DNA of 58,664 nt, taken from the NCBI GenBank assembly GCA_943349395.1, contig CALQZH010000002.1, forward strand, positions 25,745 through 84,408. The letters are read 5' to 3'. This document shows, piece after piece, positions 1 through 8,352 of the stretch (the stretch's first letter is position 1; each line of letters begins with the position of its first letter). The DNA comes from Parcubacteria group bacterium (GTDB lineage: Bacteria; Patescibacteriota; Minisyncoccia; UBA6257; UBA11618). Both the position numbers and the translations under genes were made by a program. The notes beneath the pieces are model-generated. The model had not been told where the DNA came from. It did not search any database and saw only the letters and a list, made by a program, of their open reading frames with translations.

Positions 1-523
1 CCTTCACGCCCTTATCCGGATTCACCTTCACGATGATCACCGGAACCGGCGAGGGCTTCGTGAGCGCCTTCTTCACGGTCGGAGCAAAGCGCTCTTCCGG
101 CACCGCCCCGGTCGTCGCCGGGGCGACCACCTTCACTGCCTCGACTACCGCAACGACGGTCGGGCTCTTCGCGGGGGTTAAGGCGCTTATACCCAGGTCA
201 GGGTCCGCGATATCCCACCAATCGTCCCATCCGCTCCCACTGCCGCCGGGGCCTTCGCCGCCTATGGGCTCCTCCCCGGGGGGAGGAGGTGTCGAGGAGG
301 CACTGCCCTCCCATACCGTCCCGTGGTCGTAGATGTAATTCGCGCTCTGCGACACCGTCACGCCGACGCCCGTATCGCCCGCCGCGCCCTTCATATCGTA
401 ATTGGCAGACGAAATGCTTATCCCCCCTCCTACCTGGCTTTGCGTTTGCGTGAACGTCTGGGCGAATGCGAAATTCGCCATTGAAAGTGCCGCGACGATG
501 AGAACTGCTGATCGTATCTTCAC
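1..523 (-). CDS. secreted Pro/Gly-rich protein, N-terminal part (runs off the window start)
   Basis: The frame is open from position 1 to a GTG at 523-521. It begins VKIRSAVLIVAALSMANFAFAQ, which looks like a signal peptide, and AAGGAG lies upstream. It is not in the ORF track because no stop lies in the window. The listed 198..527(-) and 33..332(+) ORFs look like Arg-rich shadow frames. Confidence 0.55.
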   Translation of the reverse strand, partial: MKIRSAVLIVAALSMANFAFAQTFTQTQSQVGGGISISSANYDMKGAAGDTGVGVTVSQSANYIYDHGTVWEGSASSTPPPPGEEPIGGEGPGGSGSGWDDWWDIADPDLGISALTPAKSPTVVAVVEAVKVVAPATTGAVPEERFAPTVKKALTKPSPVPVIIVKVNPDKGVK

Positions 524-613
524 TCAATAATCACGCTCCTTGGGGTGATTAGAATAATAGTACCATCGTCCCGTGCGCTTATCCCTGTGGACAACTATGA
601 AATATGTAATTTT

Positions 614-630
614 CCGATTCGATTCCCGTC
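614..630 (+). repeat. T-arm-like remnant (CCGATTCGATTCCCGTC), resembling the 3' end of the tRNA-convergent elements
   Basis: It has the same GATTCGATTCC... + perfect hairpin layout as the element 3' ends at 14381-14400, 35465-35486 and 30309-30330(-). It matches the tRNA-Ala T-loop/T-stem CGATTCTCGCT at 8 of 11 positions. Confidence 0.35.
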
Positions 631-641
631 TTATCCTACGC

Positions 642-681
642 ACAAACAAAGAACGCTCCCGTGGGAGCGTTCTTTGTTTGT
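642..681. terminator. perfect 19-bp hairpin (acaaacaaagaacgctccc-gtg-gggagcgttctttgtttgt)
   Basis: Read directly from the sequence. It has the same A/T-flanked GC-core design as the hairpins that follow tRNA-Ser, Ile, Leu and Gly. No clean T-run follows on either strand. Confidence 0.5.
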
Positions 682-1000
682 GGACTGCGTACGCATCCAG
701 TGGAACCAGATTATCCAAGAATTACGGCAGTGGCAACAGCTTAATCTCGACGTAAAGCTTGCTTTAGCTGTTTAAATAATCGCCCTACTACCCCGCTCAC
801 TATATTTTTCCTAGACCTATTGGAACCAACTAATAACTAAAAATTTGAAAGTGGGGGAAAATATCGTCGTTATCGTTTCTCCATATTTCCATAACGGAAA
901 AATAAAATATCGGAAGTTATAAGAAATCTTCGTTGCGTTGTGGTTTCCGTTTTAGTTTTTATGTTATGATTGAGTTATATGTTATTATGATCATAATTTT

Positions 1001-3061
1001 ATGAAAATCAGCATTATTATAAGCGGATTATTAGGAGCTATTGTTTTGATAATTATCGGAGGAATAATATTTTTCAAACCAGAGGTCATTCAAAAACCCC
1101 TGAATGCTTATTTTCCAAAAGCCGACAGGACATTGAAAATAAGTGAAGCGGAGATGCGAAAGGGAGATGGATACGTATTTAAGACTGCGCTTGAAAAAGG
1201 CGTCGTGAAAATAACCGCCTCAGGATTGAGAATCGGCGGCGATGATTATGAGGCATCGGTTATGATGCCGCATGAAATCGTCTCCTCAACCGTTCCTCAA
1301 TCCCCCTTATTGGATTTTAAAGTGATTAAGAATGCAGGTGTAATTTATGTCCAAGACCCGTATGATACAACCTTTCATCTTTCCCCAACGGGCATTTTTC
1401 AAAAGAAACAGCTTTCTTTTCTCGATTTAGGATTTTCAGATATTGTAAATCTTTTGATTGATAAGGAAAAAGGGCTTGAACTAATCGCCAATCCTGAAGG
1501 ATTTACAGTCTCATTCTCATCGGATGATTTTCCGATTCCTTATTTTCCAGAATTTAAAAAAGCGAAAATTACCCTCATTATTGATAAAAAAACATATCTC
1601 GCAAAAAATCTAAATATAGAATGGCATGAGAACAATAGCGTTGTCGCAAAGCTTTCGGAAACATTTGAGAAGCCGAATAATCCGATCGTGATAAAAAAAC
1701 CAGAAAATATAAACCAGTTCGGTGATTTTTTGGCCCGTGAAAGCGTTTATTTAAGAACGGATGGCGATGGAATATATGATAATACATGGCTTGATTGGGA
1801 AAATAAATATTTTGACTGTCAGAGATGCGTTAATAAATATTGGGATAGTGATGGAGACGGATTAGTTAATATAAAGGAATTCATCTTCAATACGGATCCA
1901 AAAAAGCGAGATTCTGACGGAGATGGTGTAAATGATTATAAAGAGTTATTCGGAAAAACAAATCCAACGAACGACGATAAACTATCACTTAATTATTCGG
2001 AGGCGGCTGATTATCTTTTGTCTGGCGGCGAGCCGACGACAGATACAGGCGTATTGTCATCTAAATTTATAAAGAAAGCATTTGTAAGAGATTCATATGC
2101 GGGAATTGATAACTTGACTATACCAAAAGACGCCAAATCGCTTGTTTTAAGTTTTATTTTGGAGGGTAATGAGGAAGGGTCTACCTACTCAACCTTTTTC
2201 TTTGATGATGCGCTGATATTTAAGGCATCCCCGATAAGCGGACATAAGGTAACAGATCCATTTAATAAAGATTATGTGAGAACGGAAAGTATTCCGATCG
2301 GCCAATTTGCTGGCAAGAAGGTGAGATTTGTTCATATTTTGAATTCTTTTGGCAAACCAGGTGGGCAGGTTATGATATTACTTAATAAATCTTCGGGAAC
2401 TCTTGGTTCTTATATTGAAACCACCTCCAATCAAAAAATTCCACTTATAAAAAGCAAGGCGCAATTACAAGAGGAGATTGCTAACCTTTTTATAAATGAG
2501 CTAGCTAAGGCGTTAAGTCCTCTTTCGCAGCCTATTTCTTTAAATAAGCAATGGCAATTAAGCAAGTCATATAATGAACCAAGGACGGGCGTTTCCTTTC
2601 AATTGCCATCGGAATTCATTCTCGAGCCGTCATCTTTCTCCGGTGAATTCGTTTTTAAAACCAATGCTCCCCAAAAAGGAGTGTGGGAGGTGGTTATAAA
2701 ATTCGACGGATCGGATAAGAGCCCGATTGACGGCCAGACATACATGGATTATCTCAAGACACAAAAAGTTCGGCAGATTGGCCTTCAGTCGTTGCCAGCT
2801 CCTTGGCTGAGCTCAAAACCCGATAAGACTATTGCTGGAAGACAAGTCAAATCACTTACATCCTCAATTGGAGATACTAAGCAATTAGCTGCTGAAAGTG
2901 TTATTGAAATTAGCCCTGTAGCGGTGATGCATGTCATGGTTATTGGTTTCGATGCGTTTGATAAAGTTAGAGCCGCTTCAGGAGGAATGGGCTATAGTGA
3001 CGAATGGTTTAGTAATCTTAAGGACTTAAATGAATTGATAATAAGTAGCATTAAAAATTAA
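1001..3061 (+). CDS. membrane-anchored surface protein with thrombospondin type-3-like Ca-binding repeats
   Basis: 686 aa. The N-terminus has a TM segment (ISIIISGLLGAIVLIIIGGIIFF). DxDxDG repeats are present: WDSDGDGLVNIKEF, DSDGDGVNDYKELF, TNPTNDD. Codon usage is AT-rich like the rest of the island. Confidence 0.75.
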   Translation: MKISIIISGLLGAIVLIIIGGIIFFKPEVIQKPLNAYFPKADRTLKISEAEMRKGDGYVFKTALEKGVVKITASGLRIGGDDYEASVMMPHEIVSSTVPQSPLLDFKVIKNAGVIYVQDPYDTTFHLSPTGIFQKKQLSFLDLGFSDIVNLLIDKEKGLELIANPEGFTVSFSSDDFPIPYFPEFKKAKITLIIDKKTYLAKNLNIEWHENNSVVAKLSETFEKPNNPIVIKKPENINQFGDFLARESVYLRTDGDGIYDNTWLDWENKYFDCQRCVNKYWDSDGDGLVNIKEFIFNTDPKKRDSDGDGVNDYKELFGKTNPTNDDKLSLNYSEAADYLLSGGEPTTDTGVLSSKFIKKAFVRDSYAGIDNLTIPKDAKSLVLSFILEGNEEGSTYSTFFFDDALIFKASPISGHKVTDPFNKDYVRTESIPIGQFAGKKVRFVHILNSFGKPGGQVMILLNKSSGTLGSYIETTSNQKIPLIKSKAQLQEEIANLFINELAKALSPLSQPISLNKQWQLSKSYNEPRTGVSFQLPSEFILEPSSFSGEFVFKTNAPQKGVWEVVIKFDGSDKSPIDGQTYMDYLKTQKVRQIGLQSLPAPWLSSKPDKTIAGRQVKSLTSSIGDTKQLAAESVIEISPVAVMHVMVIGFDAFDKVRAASGGMGYSDEWFSNLKDLNELIISSIKN

Positions 3062-3072
3062 TTCCTACAAAT

Positions 3073-3717
3073 TTGACTAATTCTAATGACGTGCCAATAA
3101 TTAAAGGAGATATGAATAATGAGAATAATCAAATAATATCAGCATCCCAGTCACCGCAAGAGCATTATGTGATGCCGATGAAGCCGGTGAAAACTCGAAT
3201 TGGCATCGCTTTGCATGCTTATTTCCTATCGTTGTGGTTTATCGCTTTGGGAGGTGGTTATGCGTTTTTGAATATCGTATTTCGTGGTTTCGTTTGGGAT
3301 ATTAGCAAAATATGGGATTTTTTCGGTCTTTTTGGTATTTTCAGATTATATAGCGCCTTTTTTTCTGGAAATTCTGATAATATAACCGCTCAAGTTGTTA
3401 TTTTTTATATTTCTGGATTACTTGCCGCTGTGCCAATTTTAATCGTCAGTAAAAAAAGAATTAGCCGGTTATTAGGGGAAAAGCCGGATTTAGTGAATGA
3501 TATCTTTTATCGTCGCGCCGCACGTTCCAGTTTCTGGCTATCATTGGTAATGCTGGTTTTTTTAGTTGTAAGCAGAGTTTTCAGTATTCTCAATCAAGTC
3601 TTGGTTGAAACAAATGGAACCGCTCCGCAGCAGACGGCTAACTTGATCTTTTTAGGTATTCCTTTGGCGTTGATTTTGTATTCTTCTTGGAAGATATACA
3701 AGAAAAGCGCGACATAA
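3073..3717 (+). CDS. multi-pass membrane protein
   Basis: 214 aa with several hydrophobic spans (IGIALHAYFLSLWFIALGGGYAF, VVIFYISGLLAAVPILIV, FWLSLVMLVFLVV, LIFLGIPLALILY). The track start is TTG. An alternative ATG at 3112 follows AAAGGAG. Confidence 0.6.
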   Translation: MTNSNDVPIIKGDMNNENNQIISASQSPQEHYVMPMKPVKTRIGIALHAYFLSLWFIALGGGYAFLNIVFRGFVWDISKIWDFFGLFGIFRLYSAFFSGNSDNITAQVVIFYISGLLAAVPILIVSKKRISRLLGEKPDLVNDIFYRRAARSSFWLSLVMLVFLVVSRVFSILNQVLVETNGTAPQQTANLIFLGIPLALILYSSWKIYKKSAT

Positions 3718-3735
3718 TTTTAGCCTTAAAAGGCC

Positions 3736-4161
3736 TTATCTAAGAAGCGCTAACATCCTCTCCTTTTCCTCCTCCGTCAGCTCAGGGACTGCCGTAACCT
3801 CGTTAATGTTCTTAGATACCTCCGTAAGGCCGTGGTTGGCGCTCAGCATGAGCTTCGCGATAGCCGCATTGTATCTGCCCGCCAAGCCCTCATCGATAAG
3901 ACGGCAATACTGCTCGTTTTTTATGCTTCTCAAAGCGTCGGAAAAGTCGGGGTATCGTTTCGCCCATTCATACAGAGTATCTTTACTGACGTTAAGATAA
4001 CGCGCTAATCCCTCGACTTTCGGAAGATTTACCCGAAGATTCTTGCCGTCCTGTTCGTCGCTGCAAGATCGCAGGTAATTACCAACCTCCTCCAATATGC
4101 TGGGGCTATATAAAGTCGGCCTGCCGAATGATATGTATTTTTGCTTCTGTTGTACTGCCAT
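3736..4161 (-). CDS. phage terminase small-subunit-like HTH protein
   Basis: GRPTLYSPSILEEVGNYL ... EGLARYLNVSKDTLYEWAKRYPDFSDALRSIK ... AIAKLMLSANHG matches the pattern of the terS/gp3-type DNA-binding family. I take the ATG at 4161 rather than the TTG at 4173. Confidence 0.6.
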   Translation of the reverse strand: MAVQQKQKYISFGRPTLYSPSILEEVGNYLRSCSDEQDGKNLRVNLPKVEGLARYLNVSKDTLYEWAKRYPDFSDALRSIKNEQYCRLIDEGLAGRYNAAIAKLMLSANHGLTEVSKNINEVTAVPELTEEEKERMLALLR

Positions 4162-4347
4162 ATTGAATAACAATCGATTCTGCTTTAATTATAGCACTAA
4201 AACATAGTAATTACTTCACAGATCGATTAAAAAGGCCCTAAAATAAGCGAAGAGAAAGTCCCCGCCGGAAGTCGGTTGGGGGACTTGTATGCCGTCTCAC
4301 TTTCTAGTTACTGTATAAAGCTGGTGAAAATGGTAAATTGAGAGCAA

Positions 4348-4611
4348 ATGGATATGAAAATGGATAGTGAGGACGGAAAATCACCAAGAGCATATCATGC
4401 GCAGAAAAAGATTCTTTGCGTTTTAGAAAAAATAAAGGAAGGGTGGGATTTATTACCCGAGGATAGGGACTTACGAAAGCATAGTAGTACTTTTTATCAA
4501 TTAGTGAAAGAATGCGGTTTAGATAATTTTTATCAATTAGAGGATATTTTAGCTATTTTAAAACAGGACGGCCTTATAACAAGGTATGAGATTGATAATG
4601 AAGCCAGATAA
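4348..4611 (+). CDS. hypothetical small protein (island)
   Basis: 87-aa ORF, divergent from the terS-like gene and AT-rich. No motif recognised. Confidence 0.5.
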   Translation: MDMKMDSEDGKSPRAYHAQKKILCVLEKIKEGWDLLPEDRDLRKHSSTFYQLVKECGLDNFYQLEDILAILKQDGLITRYEIDNEAR

Positions 4612-4616
4612 TTAAT

Positions 4617-5192
4617 ATGGGTATGATCCTTACAATTAAACTTCCAAAAGATTTTGAGAAGCGTTATTTGGAATATAAAGCGAAGCTATCAGATAGTTTT
4701 CAAGAGGATGAATTTACGGATCATAAATTTTCTAAAAAATTACCTCGTGGAATACGATGGAATCAATTCATCATAGAATTTTTAGATGATGAAAATGTAT
4801 CAATTACTATTAGAGAGCATAAGAAGCAAAAAGCTAGTTTTATTGATATGAATTTTGAAGATAAGCGTAATGGTAAACCCAATCAACAGTGGTATTTATT
4901 AAAGAAGTTAGCTGATTATGAGGGGGAAATTGATTGGGATACAGCAGGGGCAAATAAAAAGCTTAAAAAATCTATCGGACTCCTTGCCGATGCTTTAAGG
5001 GATTATTTTAGTATGGATAGCGACCCATTTTATCCGTACGAAGAAATTTCTAAGATGAAAAATAAGAGATCTTATAAAACTCGATTTATTATTTTTTGTA
5101 GTCAAGATTATTTAGCTAATCATACCATTCAAAAAAATAACGATAACCTTAAACAAGAAATAGAAGACATATTTAGGGATAATACTTTTTAA
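4617..5192 (+). CDS. hypothetical protein (island)
   Basis: 191-aa ORF starting 5 nt after the previous stop. The terminator at 5210-5233 follows. No motif recognised. Confidence 0.55.
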   Translation: MGMILTIKLPKDFEKRYLEYKAKLSDSFQEDEFTDHKFSKKLPRGIRWNQFIIEFLDDENVSITIREHKKQKASFIDMNFEDKRNGKPNQQWYLLKKLADYEGEIDWDTAGANKKLKKSIGLLADALRDYFSMDSDPFYPYEEISKMKNKRSYKTRFIIFCSQDYLANHTIQKNNDNLKQEIEDIFRDNTF

Positions 5193-5209
5193 AGCATTTT
5201 GTCAGAAAT

Positions 5210-5233
5210 AACCGCCAATAATGGCGGTTTTTG
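5210..5233 (+). terminator. intrinsic terminator
   Basis: AACCGCC-aataat-GGCGGTT followed by TTTGT. Confidence 0.6.
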
Positions 5234-5289
5234 TATTGGTGAATTTTCACCGCTATTTTTTTCAGGGCGGTGATTTTTCGCCATTAAGC

Positions 5290-5565
5290 ATGAAAGCCAT
5301 GCAAGTAAAGAATGAAATTTTAAAAACTTCTGACTTTGAAAGGATATCTGACTTAGATTTAGTAGTTGTTGCCTCACTCTCATTTTCTATAGAGGCGATC
5401 GATCGCGACCCAAAGGAATATCCTCGGGTCGTTTTCCTGTTCAAAAAGACGCCGGAATTGGAAGTTCTTATCCAAGCGTATTGGAACGGCCAGCTTTCGT
5501 GCGAGCCGCAGGCGTTATTCGGTCAGCTCCGGCGGATAAAGTCGAGAATTTACAACAATCAATGA
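5290..5565 (+). CDS. DUF5659-like protein
   Basis: SDLDLVVVASLSFSIEAIDRDPKEYPRVVFLFKKTPELEVLIQAYWNGQLSCEPQALFGQLRRIKSRIY fits the DUF5659 pattern seen in phage and mobile-element proteins. I take the ATG at 5290 inside the longer track ORF. Confidence 0.55.
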   Translation: MKAMQVKNEILKTSDFERISDLDLVVVASLSFSIEAIDRDPKEYPRVVFLFKKTPELEVLIQAYWNGQLSCEPQALFGQLRRIKSRIYNNQ

Positions 5566-5577
5566 AGGATATTTATC

Positions 5578-5727
5578 ATGCTTACGATCGAGCGCGTACG
5601 ACAATTACTGAACGATCCGGCCATTACGGACGAGACGGCGGAAGATATCCGCGACGGATTCCGCGCGCTCATCGAAGACATAATTTTCCCCGCATGGCTC
5701 GAAACAAATAAACACAAACATGAATAA
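5578..5727 (+). CDS. small hypothetical protein (49 aa), translationally coupled
   Basis: MLTIERVRQLLNDPAITDETAEDIRDGFRALIEDIIFPAWLETNKHKHE. It is below the track's size cutoff. Its stop overlaps the next start (ATGAATAA). Confidence 0.4.
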   Translation: MLTIERVRQLLNDPAITDETAEDIRDGFRALIEDIIFPAWLETNKHKHE

Positions 5728-5917
5728 CAAATCATTCGCCGAAGATATTGAGTTCTTGGAGCTTTTGCGCGGGGCTTTGCGTATTGCATATGGTATGGAT
5801 TTTTCAATTAAACAGATACAAGAAGCGCATCTCATTGCCGAGCTTACCGCCGCCATTTTTCAGGATTCCTTGGATAAGATCTATAAGAAAAAATACGGCG
5901 GCCAAACATCAATATGA
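5720..5917 (+). CDS. small hypothetical protein (65 aa)
   Basis: Its start overlaps the upstream stop, and its stop overlaps the PrimPol start (ATGA). Confidence 0.5.
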   Translation: MNNKSFAEDIEFLELLRGALRIAYGMDFSIKQIQEAHLIAELTAAIFQDSLDKIYKKKYGGQTSI

Positions 5918-8187
5918 ATATCCAAGATTTAAAAACGAATCTCGACTGGGCCTTATATTACCGCAGCATCGGTTGGAGTCCTATTCCCGTTAAGCTACGG
6001 GACAAGACGGCCCTTGTCCCATGGAAGCAATACCAGACCGAGATCGCGAGCGAGGAGCAGATACGGGAATGGTGGACAAAGTACCCCGATGCCAATATCG
6101 GAATCGTTACGGGCAAAGTGTCCGGCATTGCGGTGGTCGATATCGAAAAGGGGGGCGATACGAAGGGCTTGCTGCCGACTGTCATGGCCAATACCGGCGG
6201 CGGTGGCTTCCATTTCTTTTACAAGTATCCGAACGCGGGCATTCAAAATGCAGTGAGGATTCGAGAGAAAACCGACATACGGGGCGACAGGGGTTATGCG
6301 GTCGTTGCCCCGTCAGTGCATAAATCCGGCAAGCGTTACTCATGGGCGGTCGCCCCCGAAGAAGCCACGCTCGCGGAATTCCCGCAGTGGATTCTTAAGC
6401 AGGCTACTGATCATCATAAGGAAAAAACCGATTGGAATGCGTTTTTAGGAACCCAAAATTTGGAGGGTACGAGACACCAACAGGCGACCATGCTCGTTGG
6501 CAAGCTTTTGCATGAAATATCGAGCGATATGTGGGATGCCGTCGGTTTGCCGGCATTGCATGCTTGGAATGGTTCTAAAAATATCCCGCCGCTTCCGGAT
6601 AAGGAACTTATGACGATATGGGAGGATATAAAGAAAGCCGAGTTTGAGCGTAGGGTGCGTGATGAAGAAAGCCCCTCAAGACGGACTCCAAATAATCAGG
6701 CAGTAAGGCTTATAAACCTCATTAAAAAGCAAGAGAAAATAGTTTTCTTTCATAATGATCTTAAAGAACCATTCGTGCAGATAATGGTTGGAGGGCATAT
6801 AGAAATATTGTCATGCAAGGATAGGATGCTGAAGCGATGGCTTGCTAGGATTTTTTGGAATGCATATAAAGACGTTCTTAATAACGAATCATTAAAGACG
6901 GCGATTAATATTATAGAAAGCGAGGCCTGCTTTGATGCGGATCAGCATATTCTATATAACCGTGTTGCGGAACATGACGGGGCTATATGGTATGACCTTG
7001 CAGATCCGGCGTGGCGAGCTGTGAAAATAACACCAGACGGATGGAATGTAGTTACTGATGTTCCGATATTATTCCGGCGGTATCCGCATCAGCAAGCACA
7101 AATAGAGCCAACACAGGGTGGTGATGTAAAAGAATTTTTAAAGCTCGTAAATATCCAAGACGAAGACCATAAGATAGTATTGCTCGTCTGGATCGTATCT
7201 TGTTTTATCCCAGATTTTCCGCACCCCATACCGAACTTTTATGGAGCGCAGGGATCGGCTAAGTCGTTTCTATCCAAGTTTTTACGAAAGCTGATAGATC
7301 CGTCTCGTATTGAGGCGATGAGTTTCCCTAAGGATACGAACGAGCTTGCGCAGGTATTATTCCATCATCATTGCGTTTTCTTTGACAATGTTTCTCATTT
7401 GCCGGATCAGGTGTCCGACGCGCTTTGTAAGGCGGTGACCGGTGATGGATTATCAAGGCGTACGTTATATACCGACGAGGAAGACACGATCTTTTCTTTT
7501 CAGCGATGCCTCGGTATTAATGGCATTAATATTGCGGCCAAGAATCCCGACTTGCTCGAAAGGAGCATTCTTTTTGAGTTGCAGCGAGTGCCACCGAGCC
7601 AAAGAAGGCAGGAGGGTGAGCTATTGGAATGCTTTGAAAATGAACGTCCTAGGATCATGGGGAGTATTTTTGATGCGGTGGCGAAAGCCATGCGCATTAA
7701 GCCTTCCGTGAAGATTAATAATCTTCCGCGCATGGCGGATTTTACCGTATGGGGGTGCGCCATTGCCGAAGCGCTTGGTTATACGCAGGGGCAGTTTCTC
7801 GACGCTTACTATAGGAACATCAAACATCAGAATGCGGAGGTTTTATATGATAGCCCGTTAGCCTGCGCTGTACTTGGTTTTATGGAGACGGTGAATATAT
7901 GGGAAGGCACACCGACGGAATTACTTCAGGAGCTTACGAACGTTGCGCAGGGGCAAAATATTGATTTGGCGCAGGAAAAAGATTTCCCCAAGAAGGCAAA
8001 CGTATTAACTCGCATGTTAAACAAGCTGAAAACTAATTTGGCTAACGAGGGAATAGAATTTAAAAACAGCGCCGAACAAAGAGGGCGAAGAGCATATCTT
8101 CGCAAGATAACGGAAGACGCGGCATCTATTCAGGAGCCACTAAAGGAGCATGAAAACGATGATAACGGTATTTTACCCCTACTTTAG
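5914..8187 (+). CDS. bifunctional primase-polymerase (PrimPol) fused to a P-loop helicase-like domain
   Basis: PrimPol motifs are present: GWSPIPV, ANIGIVTGKVSGIAVVDIE, GGGFHFFYKYP, DIRGDRGYAVVAPSVHKSGKRYSW. The C-terminal half has Walker A (YGAQGSAKS) and a Walker-B-like HHCVFFDNV. Confidence 0.85.
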   Translation: MNIQDLKTNLDWALYYRSIGWSPIPVKLRDKTALVPWKQYQTEIASEEQIREWWTKYPDANIGIVTGKVSGIAVVDIEKGGDTKGLLPTVMANTGGGGFHFFYKYPNAGIQNAVRIREKTDIRGDRGYAVVAPSVHKSGKRYSWAVAPEEATLAEFPQWILKQATDHHKEKTDWNAFLGTQNLEGTRHQQATMLVGKLLHEISSDMWDAVGLPALHAWNGSKNIPPLPDKELMTIWEDIKKAEFERRVRDEESPSRRTPNNQAVRLINLIKKQEKIVFFHNDLKEPFVQIMVGGHIEILSCKDRMLKRWLARIFWNAYKDVLNNESLKTAINIIESEACFDADQHILYNRVAEHDGAIWYDLADPAWRAVKITPDGWNVVTDVPILFRRYPHQQAQIEPTQGGDVKEFLKLVNIQDEDHKIVLLVWIVSCFIPDFPHPIPNFYGAQGSAKSFLSKFLRKLIDPSRIEAMSFPKDTNELAQVLFHHHCVFFDNVSHLPDQVSDALCKAVTGDGLSRRTLYTDEEDTIFSFQRCLGINGINIAAKNPDLLERSILFELQRVPPSQRRQEGELLECFENERPRIMGSIFDAVAKAMRIKPSVKINNLPRMADFTVWGCAIAEALGYTQGQFLDAYYRNIKHQNAEVLYDSPLACAVLGFMETVNIWEGTPTELLQELTNVAQGQNIDLAQEKDFPKKANVLTRMLNKLKTNLANEGIEFKNSAEQRGRRAYLRKITEDAASIQEPLKEHENDDNGILPLL

Positions 8188-8256
8188 GATTATGGACTTG
8201 CATGGTATTATAAAAGCGTTGATCCATAGTCTTAGCGAAACGCCCGAGATTTTTTG

Positions 8257-8298
8257 TTGCATCGCCACCCCAAAGGGGCGGCTATGCCGACGATGCAA
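8257..8298. promoter_or_regulatory. nested palindrome upstream of the recombinase gene
   Basis: TTGCATCG ... CGATGCAA (8257-8264 / 8291-8298) encloses the hairpin GCCaCCCCaaaGGGGcGGC (8264-8282). It lies about 55 nt upstream of the recombinase ATG. Confidence 0.35.
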
Positions 8299-8352
8299 TC
8301 CCTCGGGAATGCGGACTTGGATCAACCTTAGCCGTCCCTTTGGGGTTTTATT

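Noticed and set aside
545-775. The small ORFs 524..718(-), 545..775(+) and 573..755(+) at the island's left junction.
   Set aside because: They overlap one another and span a perfect 19-bp hairpin. They have no SD and no coding-like composition.
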